Source: Nitrososphaera sp.
Lineage (GTDB): Archaea; Thermoproteota; Nitrososphaeria; Nitrososphaerales; Nitrososphaeraceae
NCBI GenBank assembly: GCA_036844865.1
Contig: DAIUEZ010000001.1
Span: 1-63,110 of the forward strand
DNA: 63,110 nucleotides
Direction: 5' to 3'
Shown: piece by piece, positions 40,034 through 49,077 of the stretch
Numbering within the stretch: position 1 is the first letter of the stretch
How the letters are laid out: the number at the start of each line of letters is the position of its first letter
The notes under the pieces: model-generated
The model's input: only the letters and a program-made list of their open reading frames with translations
What the model was told of the DNA's origin: nothing
Database searches by the model: none
Translations under genes and position numbers: made by a program

Positions 40034-40486
40034 ATGAATAATGCGGCTGGCAACATCATCCATATACTTGCAGACCTGCCGGATTTTTTGCGAAAACAAA
40101 TGCTGCAAAACCGCCTCAAAGAGTTCTATGAAATAAGTGCTGACGAAAAGAGTGAAATGATAAACATGGCATTAGCAGCAGTGCCCACCATAGATCCGAG
40201 TAAATTGTCAATCCTTTTTAAGACCTGGCTTGAATTACTATCAGAATTTGATGCGGAAAAGCGTGGAGTGATGTTCCAGACCTACTGCATGCAGATTTTA
40301 GCAAATCCTTGCTATATTGCAAAGATTGACTTTAAGTCGCTGACTGCTGCTTTTATGTCCCTTAATCATATACAGCGAGAGCGCCTAACAGATTCGCTGC
40401 ATGAAGTGCTCCTCGGACTGCCGAACAGGAGCGAAATATTAAAGATGATTCCTGAGCACTCGCTAAAAACTGTAGGGCTTAAATGA
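40034..40486 (+). CDS. Hypothetical protein
   Basis: 150-aa helical ORF with an upstream AT-rich promoter-like region. Confidence 0.75.
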   Translation: MNNAAGNIIHILADLPDFLRKQMLQNRLKEFYEISADEKSEMINMALAAVPTIDPSKLSILFKTWLELLSEFDAEKRGVMFQTYCMQILANPCYIAKIDFKSLTAAFMSLNHIQRERLTDSLHEVLLGLPNRSEILKMIPEHSLKTVGLK

Positions 40487-40765
40487 TTAGTGATGGTGAT
40501 CGTGTTGTGCCTCAGGGTTGTCCGGCTTTTTTTCTATTTCGCCAATGCCCTTTTCAAGCCCAAAGAATGCCCTCTCATATTTGCGGAGGGCCTTTCTGTG
40601 TTCTGGCAGTGACATATCCAGTCTCATCTCATTCATGACCATGACAGCATAAGTCGTCCACTCCTTCCAGCATGCTGAGCATGCAGGGTACTTCTCAGCG
40701 GCTGGGTCTTCGATAATCTCCTCAAAGGTCTTACCACACCTCAAGCAAGTCTTACTCATCTGCAA
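40487..40765 (-). CDS. YggX-like Fe(II)-trafficking / oxidative-damage protein
   Basis: CWKEW...MVMNEMRLDM...HRKAL...FF pattern, plus CLRC/CSAC pairs and an HDHHH tail. Confidence 0.75.
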   Translation of the reverse strand: MQMSKTCLRCGKTFEEIIEDPAAEKYPACSACWKEWTTYAVMVMNEMRLDMSLPEHRKALRKYERAFFGLEKGIGEIEKKPDNPEAQHDHHH

Positions 40766-41052
40766 ATGGTGATGCTCTGGATATTATAAGTTGTTAGATC
40801 GAGAAGAACTCAATACTTCTCTAAACTCCCTCTCTATTCCTGCAAAATGGCATCTAATCCTGCTAGATAGAAGATAGCAGCAAAAGTATCATAACACACT
40901 TTGGCCTGCATCCATTGTCAAATTTTGCTGTTCAATATTCATCCTAGGTGCTCCCCAGAGGTTGCCTGAGACTTGTTTGGCTTATAAGCTATTATTACAA
41001 GTCAGACCAAAATTTGGCAACATTATTATACTTTCTGGCTTCAAAACGGTAC

Positions 41053-41217
41053 ATGAAGGTTCACTGTCCTGACTGCAAAGGAGCTGCAGAGCTCGCAGAC
41101 GATTTTTCATTTGTCAAGTGCTCTAACTGTTCATTTGATATGACTTATGGCGAATATGTAAAGTACATAGCGTATAAGGACTCACGCTACCGCGATATAC
41201 TTTCAGACTACAAATAA
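41053..41217 (+). CDS. 54-aa zinc-ribbon protein
   Basis: MKVHCPDC...KCSNC; start ATG 41053 with a TTATTATA box upstream. Confidence 0.8.
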   Translation: MKVHCPDCKGAAELADDFSFVKCSNCSFDMTYGEYVKYIAYKDSRYRDILSDYK

Positions 41218-41449
41218 AGATAGAAAAACTCTTCAAGGCTATGGTTGAAGAAGAGGTTATTTGAGGTAATTCTAGGTTTTTCAATTGTAACCATGTTACT
41301 TTTTGTAACCACCGACTCAGGCTACAAAAGTTGGAAACCGCCTTTTAGTATATATGCTGCGATTAACTTTACTCTTGTGCAATCAAATTGCTGTAGAGAA
41401 ATAATTAGCCAGAATAAAGATAAGTGAAAACAGGGAATCCTCTGCGAAG

Positions 41450-41566
41450 TTATTGAGTCAGATACATCTTGGCGCCTTCCTCTTCATCGCCAAACTCATC
41501 TTCCTCCTCTTCGTCAAACTCTTCATCAAAATCGTCGTCAAAGTTATTATTGTCTTCTTCGGACAT
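41450..41566 (-). CDS. 38-aa poly-acidic microprotein
   Basis: Hand translation MSEEDNNNFDDDFDEEFDEEEEDEFGDEEEGAKMYLTQ; a TTTATAA box with a purine-rich BRE-like stretch lies at about 41600-41613. Confidence 0.65.
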   Translation of the reverse strand: MSEEDNNNFDDDFDEEFDEEEEDEFGDEEEGAKMYLTQ

Positions 41567-41635
41567 ATGCTTGATTGAAGCTAATTCACTGAACGCTTGT
41601 TATAAATTTTATCAGCTATAGATATCTTGGGCTCT

Positions 41636-41794
41636 TTACTTGTCCACCTTTTGCCTAACAGTCACCATGCAAGAGCAAATGGCCACAGTGCATCGTTTTA
41701 TCTGTCCCGCATTCTGCGGCAAAGTTGCCACTACCTGCGTGTGAAGTTCCTGAGGGTGGAGACATTTCATACATAGAGGATCGTTGTATGGCAA
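41636..41794 (-). CDS. 52-aa Cys/His-rich putative metal-binding microprotein
   Basis: TTG start; MPYNDPLCMKCLHPQELHTQVVATLPQNAGQIKRCTVAICSCMVTVRQKVDK; TTAATA about 30 nt upstream. Confidence 0.6.
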   Translation of the reverse strand: MPYNDPLCMKCLHPQELHTQVVATLPQNAGQIKRCTVAICSCMVTVRQKVDK

Positions 41795-41879
41795 CTGCCG
41801 AAATATTTACATGCTCCCTCAGGTATTAAGCTAACCCAGTCATCCTTTTATAGCTAGAAAAATAATTTTATGCAATCAT

Positions 41880-42086
41880 ATGGGCCGAGTAGACAAGGGC
41901 GTCAACTGCAGTGTAGATAGCTGTGGGAACCAGGCTGAGCGCTCGATGAGCGGAATCAAGGCCAGCATGGCCCCCGATCTGGGATTGGGTGGCAGCAAAA
42001 GGGTCTACCTCTGCAGGGATCATTATAAGGAATGGAAAAAACTTACCAAGGAAGACAGGGAAAACGAAAGGGCCAGATGGGGTTAA
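41880..42086 (+). CDS. 68-aa putative zinc-binding protein
   Basis: C-x4-C...C-x2-H pattern (CSVDSC...LCRDH); TTTTATA box upstream. Confidence 0.8.
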   Translation: MGRVDKGVNCSVDSCGNQAERSMSGIKASMAPDLGLGGSKRVYLCRDHYKEWKKLTKEDRENERARWG

Positions 42087-42099
42087 ATTAGATATAAAA

Positions 42100-42120
42100 G
42101 ATTAGGATTAGGATTAGGAT
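42100..42120 (+). repeat. Tandem hexamer (ATTAGG)3 between the TATA box and the thrS ATG
   Basis: G-ATTAGG-ATTAGG-ATTAGG-AT then ATG at 42121; TATAAA at 42093-42098. Confidence 0.9.
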
Positions 42121-44013
42121 ATGCGACTGCTGCAGCTCCATTCAGATTTTATTGAATATGAGCCAGTTGAAAAGGAGATCAGTGATGCCGAAGAGATCGT
42201 GTCCAAATCTAAGATCAGGCTCGAAGATCTGGTGGTAGCTTTTGTAGCAGTTGAGAACCGAGACGACGAAAGCGTTGCCAAGATGGCAGTCGATGAGATA
42301 AAGAAATATCTTGAGATGGTAAAGAGCAGCCGCCTGCTAATTTACCCTTACGCTCATCTGAGCTCTGATCTTGCGCCACCGGCCCTTGCAATTGATATCA
42401 TCAAATCTGTTGAGATCTTCGCCAAGGGGTCGATAAATCAGGTATACCGCGCGCCTTTTGGGTGGACAAAGTCGTTTAACATCAAGGTAAAAGGCCATCC
42501 GCTGGCTGAGAACTCTAAGGAGATTTCAAAGCAGGAAGAGCATAAACACGCTGACTCATTGCATAGAGAAAAGGAATCATCTGCACTCAAAGATGAGGAA
42601 AAATTACAGTCATTCTGGTACATCGCGCAGCCTGGCGGGCAGATGACTCCTGTAAGCAAATACAACTTCAAAAAACAGCAGCAGGACCAGAATCTTCAGA
42701 TGCTAGTAAACTATGAAACAGCAAAGAACAGGGTAGTCAATGAACATCCCGCACACGTCCGGCTGATGAAGAAATTGGCGATAGCCGACTATGAACCTGC
42801 ATCAGATGCTGGTAATATTCGCTATTATCCAAAAGGCAGGCTTATGAAGTCGCTTATCGAGCAATATGTCACAAGGCGGGTAATGGAATATGGTGGAATT
42901 GAGGTCGAAACACCCATAATGTATGACACCAAGCACCCTTCGCTTCAGAGCTACTTCAACAGGTTTCCCGCAAGGCAATACAGCATCACTTCAGACAACA
43001 AACAGCTGTTTCTGCGTTTTGCTGCATGCTTTGGCCAGTTCCTGATGGCCAAGGACTTCAATATATCATACAAGCATCTCCCACTGAAATTATATGAATT
43101 GACAAGATACTCATTTAGACGCGAAAAAAGCGGTGAGCTAGTAGGCTTGAGACGATTGCGGGCATTCACTATGCCTGACTGTCACGCACTTTGCAGAGAC
43201 TTGGATCAGGCAAAGGAGGAGTTTATCAAGCGCTTTGAACTGTCAATTAGCGTGCTCAACGATCTTGGCCTAACAATCAAAGATGTGGAAATGGCCATAA
43301 GATTCACAGAGGACTTTTACAATGAGAACAAAGATTTCCTGAACGATCTTATCAGTAGGTTCGGCAGACCCGTGTTAGTTGAAACATGGAAGGAGCGCTT
43401 CTTTTACTTCACACTCAAGTGGGAGTTCAATTTCATCGACGGTCTTGGCAAGGCATCAGCTCTTTCAACAGACCAAATAGATGTTGAGAATGGCGCACGC
43501 TATGGCATAGAGTTCGTTGAAGAAGACGGCACCAAAAAGAACCCGATAATTCTGCACAATTCACCTTCAGGCGCAATCGAGCGTGTAATCTATGCGCTAT
43601 TGGAAAAATCAGCCAAGATATCCAAAGAAGGCGGTATCGCCTCACTACCGCTTTGGCTGTCACACACACAGGTTCGTGTAATACCAGTCAGTCAAGAGCA
43701 TATCGTATACTGTGAAAAGATACTGGCAGAGCTAACTGAAAACCAGATAAGAGCCGACATAGACGATCGTGATGAAACAGTGGGCAAAAAGATACGTGAA
43801 TCTGAGACCGAGTGGATACGTTACACTATAGTCATTGGCGACAAAGAAATCAGCTCTGACAAGCTGATTGTACGCGACAGAAATGAGGGCAAACAACGCG
43901 AGACTACTCTGCATGATCTGATAAATGAAGTCCAGGCGCAAACAAGGGACAAGCCCTACCTTCCCTTGAACCTTCCACCGCATCTATCAGCTAGGCCACA
44001 GATTATTGTCTAG
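42121..44013 (+). CDS. thrS: Threonyl-tRNA synthetase, archaeal type with N-terminal editing domain
   Basis: MRLLQLHSD, YPYAHLS, RAPFGW, RFAACFG, FTMPDCH and HNSPSGAIER motifs. Confidence 0.97.
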   Translation: MRLLQLHSDFIEYEPVEKEISDAEEIVSKSKIRLEDLVVAFVAVENRDDESVAKMAVDEIKKYLEMVKSSRLLIYPYAHLSSDLAPPALAIDIIKSVEIFAKGSINQVYRAPFGWTKSFNIKVKGHPLAENSKEISKQEEHKHADSLHREKESSALKDEEKLQSFWYIAQPGGQMTPVSKYNFKKQQQDQNLQMLVNYETAKNRVVNEHPAHVRLMKKLAIADYEPASDAGNIRYYPKGRLMKSLIEQYVTRRVMEYGGIEVETPIMYDTKHPSLQSYFNRFPARQYSITSDNKQLFLRFAACFGQFLMAKDFNISYKHLPLKLYELTRYSFRREKSGELVGLRRLRAFTMPDCHALCRDLDQAKEEFIKRFELSISVLNDLGLTIKDVEMAIRFTEDFYNENKDFLNDLISRFGRPVLVETWKERFFYFTLKWEFNFIDGLGKASALSTDQIDVENGARYGIEFVEEDGTKKNPIILHNSPSGAIERVIYALLEKSAKISKEGGIASLPLWLSHTQVRVIPVSQEHIVYCEKILAELTENQIRADIDDRDETVGKKIRESETEWIRYTIVIGDKEISSDKLIVRDRNEGKQRETTLHDLINEVQAQTRDKPYLPLNLPPHLSARPQIIV

Positions 44014-44938
44014 CATATTTTCGAGATAATATTCTATACAGTGTTTGAGTAGCCAGTGTGCCTTCTCGGTAGTCGCCATTTTTCAAAGCAACTTCGACCA
44101 TATCCATTCCAATCAGGCAGGCTGATAGATCTATCGCCTTGATCAATTTCAGTACCTGAAATGGATCCAGACCAAATGGTTCTGGCGTGCCAGTGCAAGG
44201 TACATAAGGCAGGTCGTAGGCATCAATGTCAAATGAAATGTAGATCTTTTTACCTGCAGTCGCCTTTTGCAAATACCTTGCGACACTATCAATATCCTTG
44301 TGCACCTCCCACGCATCAAAGGTTGTGACACCATTTTTGCTAGCGGTTTCGTTTTCTTCTTTGTCTGTCTGTCGGATACCTATTTGGATCAAATTTTCGC
44401 CTGGGATATATTTGAGCAAATGGTAGAAGGGAGTGGTATGGCAGATCTTCAAGCTTTCATAGCTGGGCTTCATGTCACGGTGAGCATCAAAATGTATCAC
44501 TATTGGGTCTTCTTCTTCTTTGGCAAGCGCCTTCAATTGATAGTATGATAGCGTATGCTCGCCGCCAAGCATCACTGGGATTTTGCTGCCATTGCGTAGT
44601 GAAGTAACTACCTTTGGGATAGTTGAATCAAGATAGTCAAGCATCTTGATGATATTCTTTGTCTTTGGCAGCTTTAGGTCGCCAAGATCAAATATATCGA
44701 CAAGGTCATGAATATTGGCCTTTTCATCCAGCATGAATGTCTCGCTCTGGAGGGCAGAAGTCCGCCTTATCGCCTCCGGTCCCCTAGATGTTCCTTTGCC
44801 AAAGCTGGTAGTGATGTCAAGAGGTACACCATAAACAGCTACATTTGACTCCATGAATGAAATTCTGATCGGTATGTCCGCAAAGCTATAACCTGCCTTT
44901 GTCCTTTCCGGCACCGTAAAGAACGAAAGTATGTCCAA
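44003..44938 (-). CDS. speB: Agmatinase / ureohydrolase
   Basis: GPEAIR, GGEH, HFDAHRD and SFDIDAYD motifs. Confidence 0.88.
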   Translation of the reverse strand: MDILSFFTVPERTKAGYSFADIPIRISFMESNVAVYGVPLDITTSFGKGTSRGPEAIRRTSALQSETFMLDEKANIHDLVDIFDLGDLKLPKTKNIIKMLDYLDSTIPKVVTSLRNGSKIPVMLGGEHTLSYYQLKALAKEEEDPIVIHFDAHRDMKPSYESLKICHTTPFYHLLKYIPGENLIQIGIRQTDKEENETASKNGVTTFDAWEVHKDIDSVARYLQKATAGKKIYISFDIDAYDLPYVPCTGTPEPFGLDPFQVLKLIKAIDLSACLIGMDMVEVALKNGDYREGTLATQTLYRILSRKYARQ

Positions 44939-44973
44939 CTCTCACACAATCTTCAAAACTGGCTGATAATAAA

Positions 44974-47667
44974 TTATGATGCAGGCTTACTCCAAAATAG
45001 CTCGTCAAGACTCTGTTGTCGCGGCTTGCCTAGGACCGACCTGAAGTCAAAGTTCAATGCAGACAGGACTTGCTCAAATGTCGACTCCATTGTTTCAAGA
45101 TATTTTTCAGTGTCAATTTCTTCGGGCTTTGAAAGCTCGACTGGCCTGACGCCGTCGCCTGTCTTTATTTTCACATAAGAAATGATGTCACCGGCTCGAA
45201 CCTCGCGTTTGTTTGCATCCACAAGCATCTTGGCAGCCTTGATATGTTGTGGAAGGCCTTTGTAGATATCACTACTACTGTTGCCGTCAACCACCATTTT
45301 GGAGCCAGTCTTTTTGCCATATGTATTTAATGATTTGTTGATGGTGACATTGAAGCTCAGTTCTTCAAGGGGAATCTTGTGTGCTTCCAAGTTCCTGGCA
45401 TTTTCTTGAATAACGTTCTTAATTTTTTCTCTAGCGGATTCAAAATCTTTCTCTGAGCTAATCTTTCCAAGTATTTCTAGGATATCATAGAATGCCTTTC
45501 TGATAAACGGGGGAGTATGTGATTTTTTGCCTGTAAGACCTTTTACATCAACCGTCCCGTCAGACAGGACTCCTAGGTAGTTCTTTTTGAGGTCGCTGAA
45601 TACAACATAGCGGTATTGCTTATCTATTTCAAGATCTACGCCCAGCGTCTCTCTAGCCCACTGCACCAGTTGCTCTATATGCTTTTGATCCGGATTGCTG
45701 AGGAAAATGCTGTCAGTGTCACCATAAACAACCCGAATCCCAATCTCTTTGCATTTGTTAATGGTTCTGTTGATGGTTGTCCTGCCTAGGGCAGCAGTAG
45801 CATCTGCCACCGGTAGGCAGTATAGTGGGAATATTGCTGCGCCCATGACGCCATAGCTGGCATTGAGAATGACCTTGATAGCCTGGCTTACCACATTGTA
45901 CAGCTTACGCTCCTCAGGGGGAAGTGTCTTGTCCTTTGCTAGGTATTTGTAATAGTTGACTCTCAAGTCACGAAGCGATCCTATGAGAAACGAAGTCAAA
46001 CCTTTCCTGTGCCTGCAGACCCAGTGAGTTGTACCTTCCACTTCATTTTCCCTACAGTCTTCATGAGCGCAATTGATAGTTTCGTATGATAAATTATGCA
46101 CTTTGATAATGCTAGGATAGAGGCTTGCAAAGTCTAGGACAATGACGTTAAAATGTATGCCTGGTACAGGCTCAACAACCTCGCCACCTCGATATTTTTT
46201 TTCTTTAATAATGGCTGTAGTCGACGCAGTCCCCTTTTTTTCCAGCTCACTCCTGCTCGGTATCAGCTCATTTCGCTGACGATGTTCGTAGTACAAGATG
46301 CCCCTAATCCATTGGTTGACGCCAAAGCGTGAGATATCATCTACTGACAGCCGTCCAATCCTTGCAATGACTACCAGTAGTTTCATTAACAGATTGTCAT
46401 TAAAGCTAGTCAGTCTATATGTGAGGTCGGCGTCCTTGAGGCAATATTCCGCTAATCTCTGAATGGGCAAATCGCTTATGTCTCCCTCAAACTCTATTTT
46501 TGAGTCATCCAGTAGTGCTTCGCTGATCGCATTGAGGGTATGGTCAGTATAGGCACGGCTGAAAGCATAGATCTGGATCGACCTGTTATCAAATGTCCTG
46601 TAGAGGTCTATGTGGATGCCATGCCTGATGCCGACTGGCTCTGCTTGCATTCCATGTTTGATAAATGACTCTTTTTTGACTATTATAGGCACCTTGTCCT
46701 TTGGAATAGCAACGCCGCTAGGATCAATGCGGGAATCTTGAGAGCGAGCATAGAGATAGGGCAGATCAAAGTCGTCACCATTGAACGTGATTATGATCGG
46801 ATAAGCATTGATTATCGTGAACGCCTTTTCTATTAACTCTTTTTCACTTGCGCAGGACTCTGCTTCTGGAATTAGCGATGTGCCATCGCTTGGCACGTTG
46901 TTTGTAAGCACGAGCACTTTCTTCAAACCGTCACTTCCAACAAGCCCCACAGCTGTTATACGCTTGTCATGATCACGTGCATTTGGCATTCTTCCCTCTT
47001 CAGTCTCGACTTCAATGTCGATAGCTACTCGCTTCAGCTCTGGTATTGGCTGATTGAGTAGTTTGGCCCAGTTTGTAATGTATTGTCTATATTCCTTGCC
47101 TGCCTCTCCTGCCTCTTTTATCTTGTCCCACAATAGACTCCTGAGTGCAGATTGCACTTTCTCAGAAATAGGGTACTCAAATGGAGTTATCTGCTCGTCA
47201 TTTCTAACGTAATATGAACCTGGTATGAGCGCTCTGTCATAGAGATAGTTCTCATGGTATTTGATATCGGCTTCCCATGACGTCACTTTTTCACGAAAGC
47301 TGTAGTCGGTGCCGCCTATTGAGAGAGGATCAGGTGCAATCACTTTAAGGACTTCAATTTCCTTGTCAAGAATGATATCTTGTTTCTTGATTTGTTTAAG
47401 TATGAATTTGGTCTCTTTTTGTGCAACCTGTTTGGCCTGCTCCGCAAACTCCATCTTTGTATAACAGTAGGGTTTGTGGTCAGTCCTATCGCGCCATTGG
47501 TAAATAATTTTGTCTTGTGGATCGTAAAACTTCAGATAGACTTTTTTCTCTTCGCCAGAATAAACGGCGGACAGCAACAGCTTCGGCCTGCTATCTTTAG
47601 GTAACTCTGGCAAGCTGTCAAATCCTTTTCTACGATCTGATACAAATTCCTCCTGTTGCTGAACCAA
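44974..47667 (-). CDS. polB1: Family B DNA polymerase (PolB1 type)
   Basis: Exonuclease DIEV and FNGDDFD; polymerase DFASLYPS, KVILNASYG, YGDTDS and KKNY. Confidence 0.97.
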   Translation of the reverse strand: MVQQQEEFVSDRRKGFDSLPELPKDSRPKLLLSAVYSGEEKKVYLKFYDPQDKIIYQWRDRTDHKPYCYTKMEFAEQAKQVAQKETKFILKQIKKQDIILDKEIEVLKVIAPDPLSIGGTDYSFREKVTSWEADIKYHENYLYDRALIPGSYYVRNDEQITPFEYPISEKVQSALRSLLWDKIKEAGEAGKEYRQYITNWAKLLNQPIPELKRVAIDIEVETEEGRMPNARDHDKRITAVGLVGSDGLKKVLVLTNNVPSDGTSLIPEAESCASEKELIEKAFTIINAYPIIITFNGDDFDLPYLYARSQDSRIDPSGVAIPKDKVPIIVKKESFIKHGMQAEPVGIRHGIHIDLYRTFDNRSIQIYAFSRAYTDHTLNAISEALLDDSKIEFEGDISDLPIQRLAEYCLKDADLTYRLTSFNDNLLMKLLVVIARIGRLSVDDISRFGVNQWIRGILYYEHRQRNELIPSRSELEKKGTASTTAIIKEKKYRGGEVVEPVPGIHFNVIVLDFASLYPSIIKVHNLSYETINCAHEDCRENEVEGTTHWVCRHRKGLTSFLIGSLRDLRVNYYKYLAKDKTLPPEERKLYNVVSQAIKVILNASYGVMGAAIFPLYCLPVADATAALGRTTINRTINKCKEIGIRVVYGDTDSIFLSNPDQKHIEQLVQWARETLGVDLEIDKQYRYVVFSDLKKNYLGVLSDGTVDVKGLTGKKSHTPPFIRKAFYDILEILGKISSEKDFESAREKIKNVIQENARNLEAHKIPLEELSFNVTINKSLNTYGKKTGSKMVVDGNSSSDIYKGLPQHIKAAKMLVDANKREVRAGDIISYVKIKTGDGVRPVELSKPEEIDTEKYLETMESTFEQVLSALNFDFRSVLGKPRQQSLDELFWSKPAS

Positions 47668-47724
47668 GATACAGAGTGTCTGTCAATAGATCGATATTAA
47701 ACGTTTTATCTAACAGATGGATTC

Positions 47725-49041
47725 ATGTTACATGTGGAGAGCAAGGTCGCAATAATTGGTGGTGGTGTGCTTGGAATGTCAATTGCGTACTTTCTGTCAG
47801 CACACGCCAAGAGTCCTGAATCAGTAGCACTGCTGGAGCAGGAAAACAATATTGCGCAGCATAGCAGTAGCAGGAATACTGGAAAGGTGCATGCTCCATT
47901 TCTCTATGACCCTACAAAAAAGAAGACCTTTGCCAAGGCTGCAGCGCTTGGCTACGAGATGTGGCAAAAGTATTCCAGTCATAAGAGAATGCCGTTTAGG
48001 CGTGATGGTGTCCTTGAGGTTGCACTTGATGACAAGGGAATAGACCGGCTCTATAAGTACATGGAGTGGGGGATCGCAAATGGCCTTACAAAAAATGAAC
48101 TGCAATTGCTTGACAAAAATGAAGTGGCAAGAATTGAGCCAAACGTGCTATGTGTCTCTGCAATCTATTGCTCCAAAGATGCATCGGTTAACTATGGTGC
48201 ATTTACGACTGGACTTTTAGAAGATATTCAATCATTTGGTAGCAAGCTCCTTTTGGGACACAAGGTCGAGCGAATATCATCATCATACGGTCAAGGAGTG
48301 TATTCGATAACTACGAACCAAGGCAAAGAGATCAAAGCAGAGTATCTTGTCAATGTGGCCGGCGGTAACTCGATGGATATTGCCCAGATGATGGGTGTTG
48401 CACACGGTTACACTGACATGCATTTTAGAGGGGAGTACTGGCAGGCGCCACCAGAGTACCATGACCTGACAAAGCTATCGATCTATTCAGTTCCTAAGCA
48501 CCCAGAATATCCATTTCTCGATCCACACTGGATCGTACGAGCAGATGACAGGCGTGAGGTGGGGCCAAACGCCATACCTGTGTTCGGTCCATATGCCTAC
48601 GGCTGGCGTAGAAACTTGGTAGATATGCTACCAAAAATAATGGAGTCCTCCCATACAGGTGCACGGAAGATCTTTTTTGACAGACAGTTTCTGTCACTTG
48701 TAAGCACCGAGCTGAAGAGCTCTTTATCTAAAACAATGATGATAAACAGAGTTCGTGAATTTTTGCCACAGCTCCGGCCATCTGCTTTTACTCAACGTGG
48801 GACCGCAGGTATAAGATCATCAGTCATTGACAAGACCGGCAGATTCGTACCAGACACGCTCGTACTCGAGCGTGATTCTTCGCTTCATGTGCTCAATTAT
48901 AATTCGCCTGGAGCCACAGGTGCACTGCCCATGGCAGCCAATATCGCAAGTAAGGTAATAAGAGCAGGTTTACTGCAAACGAGCGACAAGGCAAAGTCAT
49001 TATGGGATGCTATCGCAATTGCCGATAGAATGAAAGCATGA
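47725..49041 (+). CDS. FAD-dependent oxidoreductase (LhgO/L-2-hydroxyglutarate oxidase-like)
   Basis: IIGGGVLG, SSRNTGKVH, FRGEY, GPNA and SPGATGA motifs. Confidence 0.85.
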   Translation: MLHVESKVAIIGGGVLGMSIAYFLSAHAKSPESVALLEQENNIAQHSSSRNTGKVHAPFLYDPTKKKTFAKAAALGYEMWQKYSSHKRMPFRRDGVLEVALDDKGIDRLYKYMEWGIANGLTKNELQLLDKNEVARIEPNVLCVSAIYCSKDASVNYGAFTTGLLEDIQSFGSKLLLGHKVERISSSYGQGVYSITTNQGKEIKAEYLVNVAGGNSMDIAQMMGVAHGYTDMHFRGEYWQAPPEYHDLTKLSIYSVPKHPEYPFLDPHWIVRADDRREVGPNAIPVFGPYAYGWRRNLVDMLPKIMESSHTGARKIFFDRQFLSLVSTELKSSLSKTMMINRVREFLPQLRPSAFTQRGTAGIRSSVIDKTGRFVPDTLVLERDSSLHVLNYNSPGATGALPMAANIASKVIRAGLLQTSDKAKSLWDAIAIADRMKA

Positions 49042-49077
49042 TCGATTTTTTAAAGTACTGCCAATCACGATAGGTAA

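Noticed and set aside
41245..41427. 60-aa ORF with a hydrophobic N-terminus
   Set aside because: It overlaps the motif array, has no clear promoter and may be a by-product of T-rich sequence. Not fully excluded.
41717..41823. Complementary segments (CGGCAaaGTTGCCA/TGGCAACTGCCG; CCTGAGGG/CCCTCAGG) suggesting a structured RNA
   Set aside because: No RNase P or SRP signature; the region is better explained by the Cys/His ORF on the minus strand.
42100..42120. Resemblance of ATTAGG to telomeric repeats
   Set aside because: Only three units, internal to an archaeal chromosome; no telomere function is implied. Kept only as a promoter repeat.
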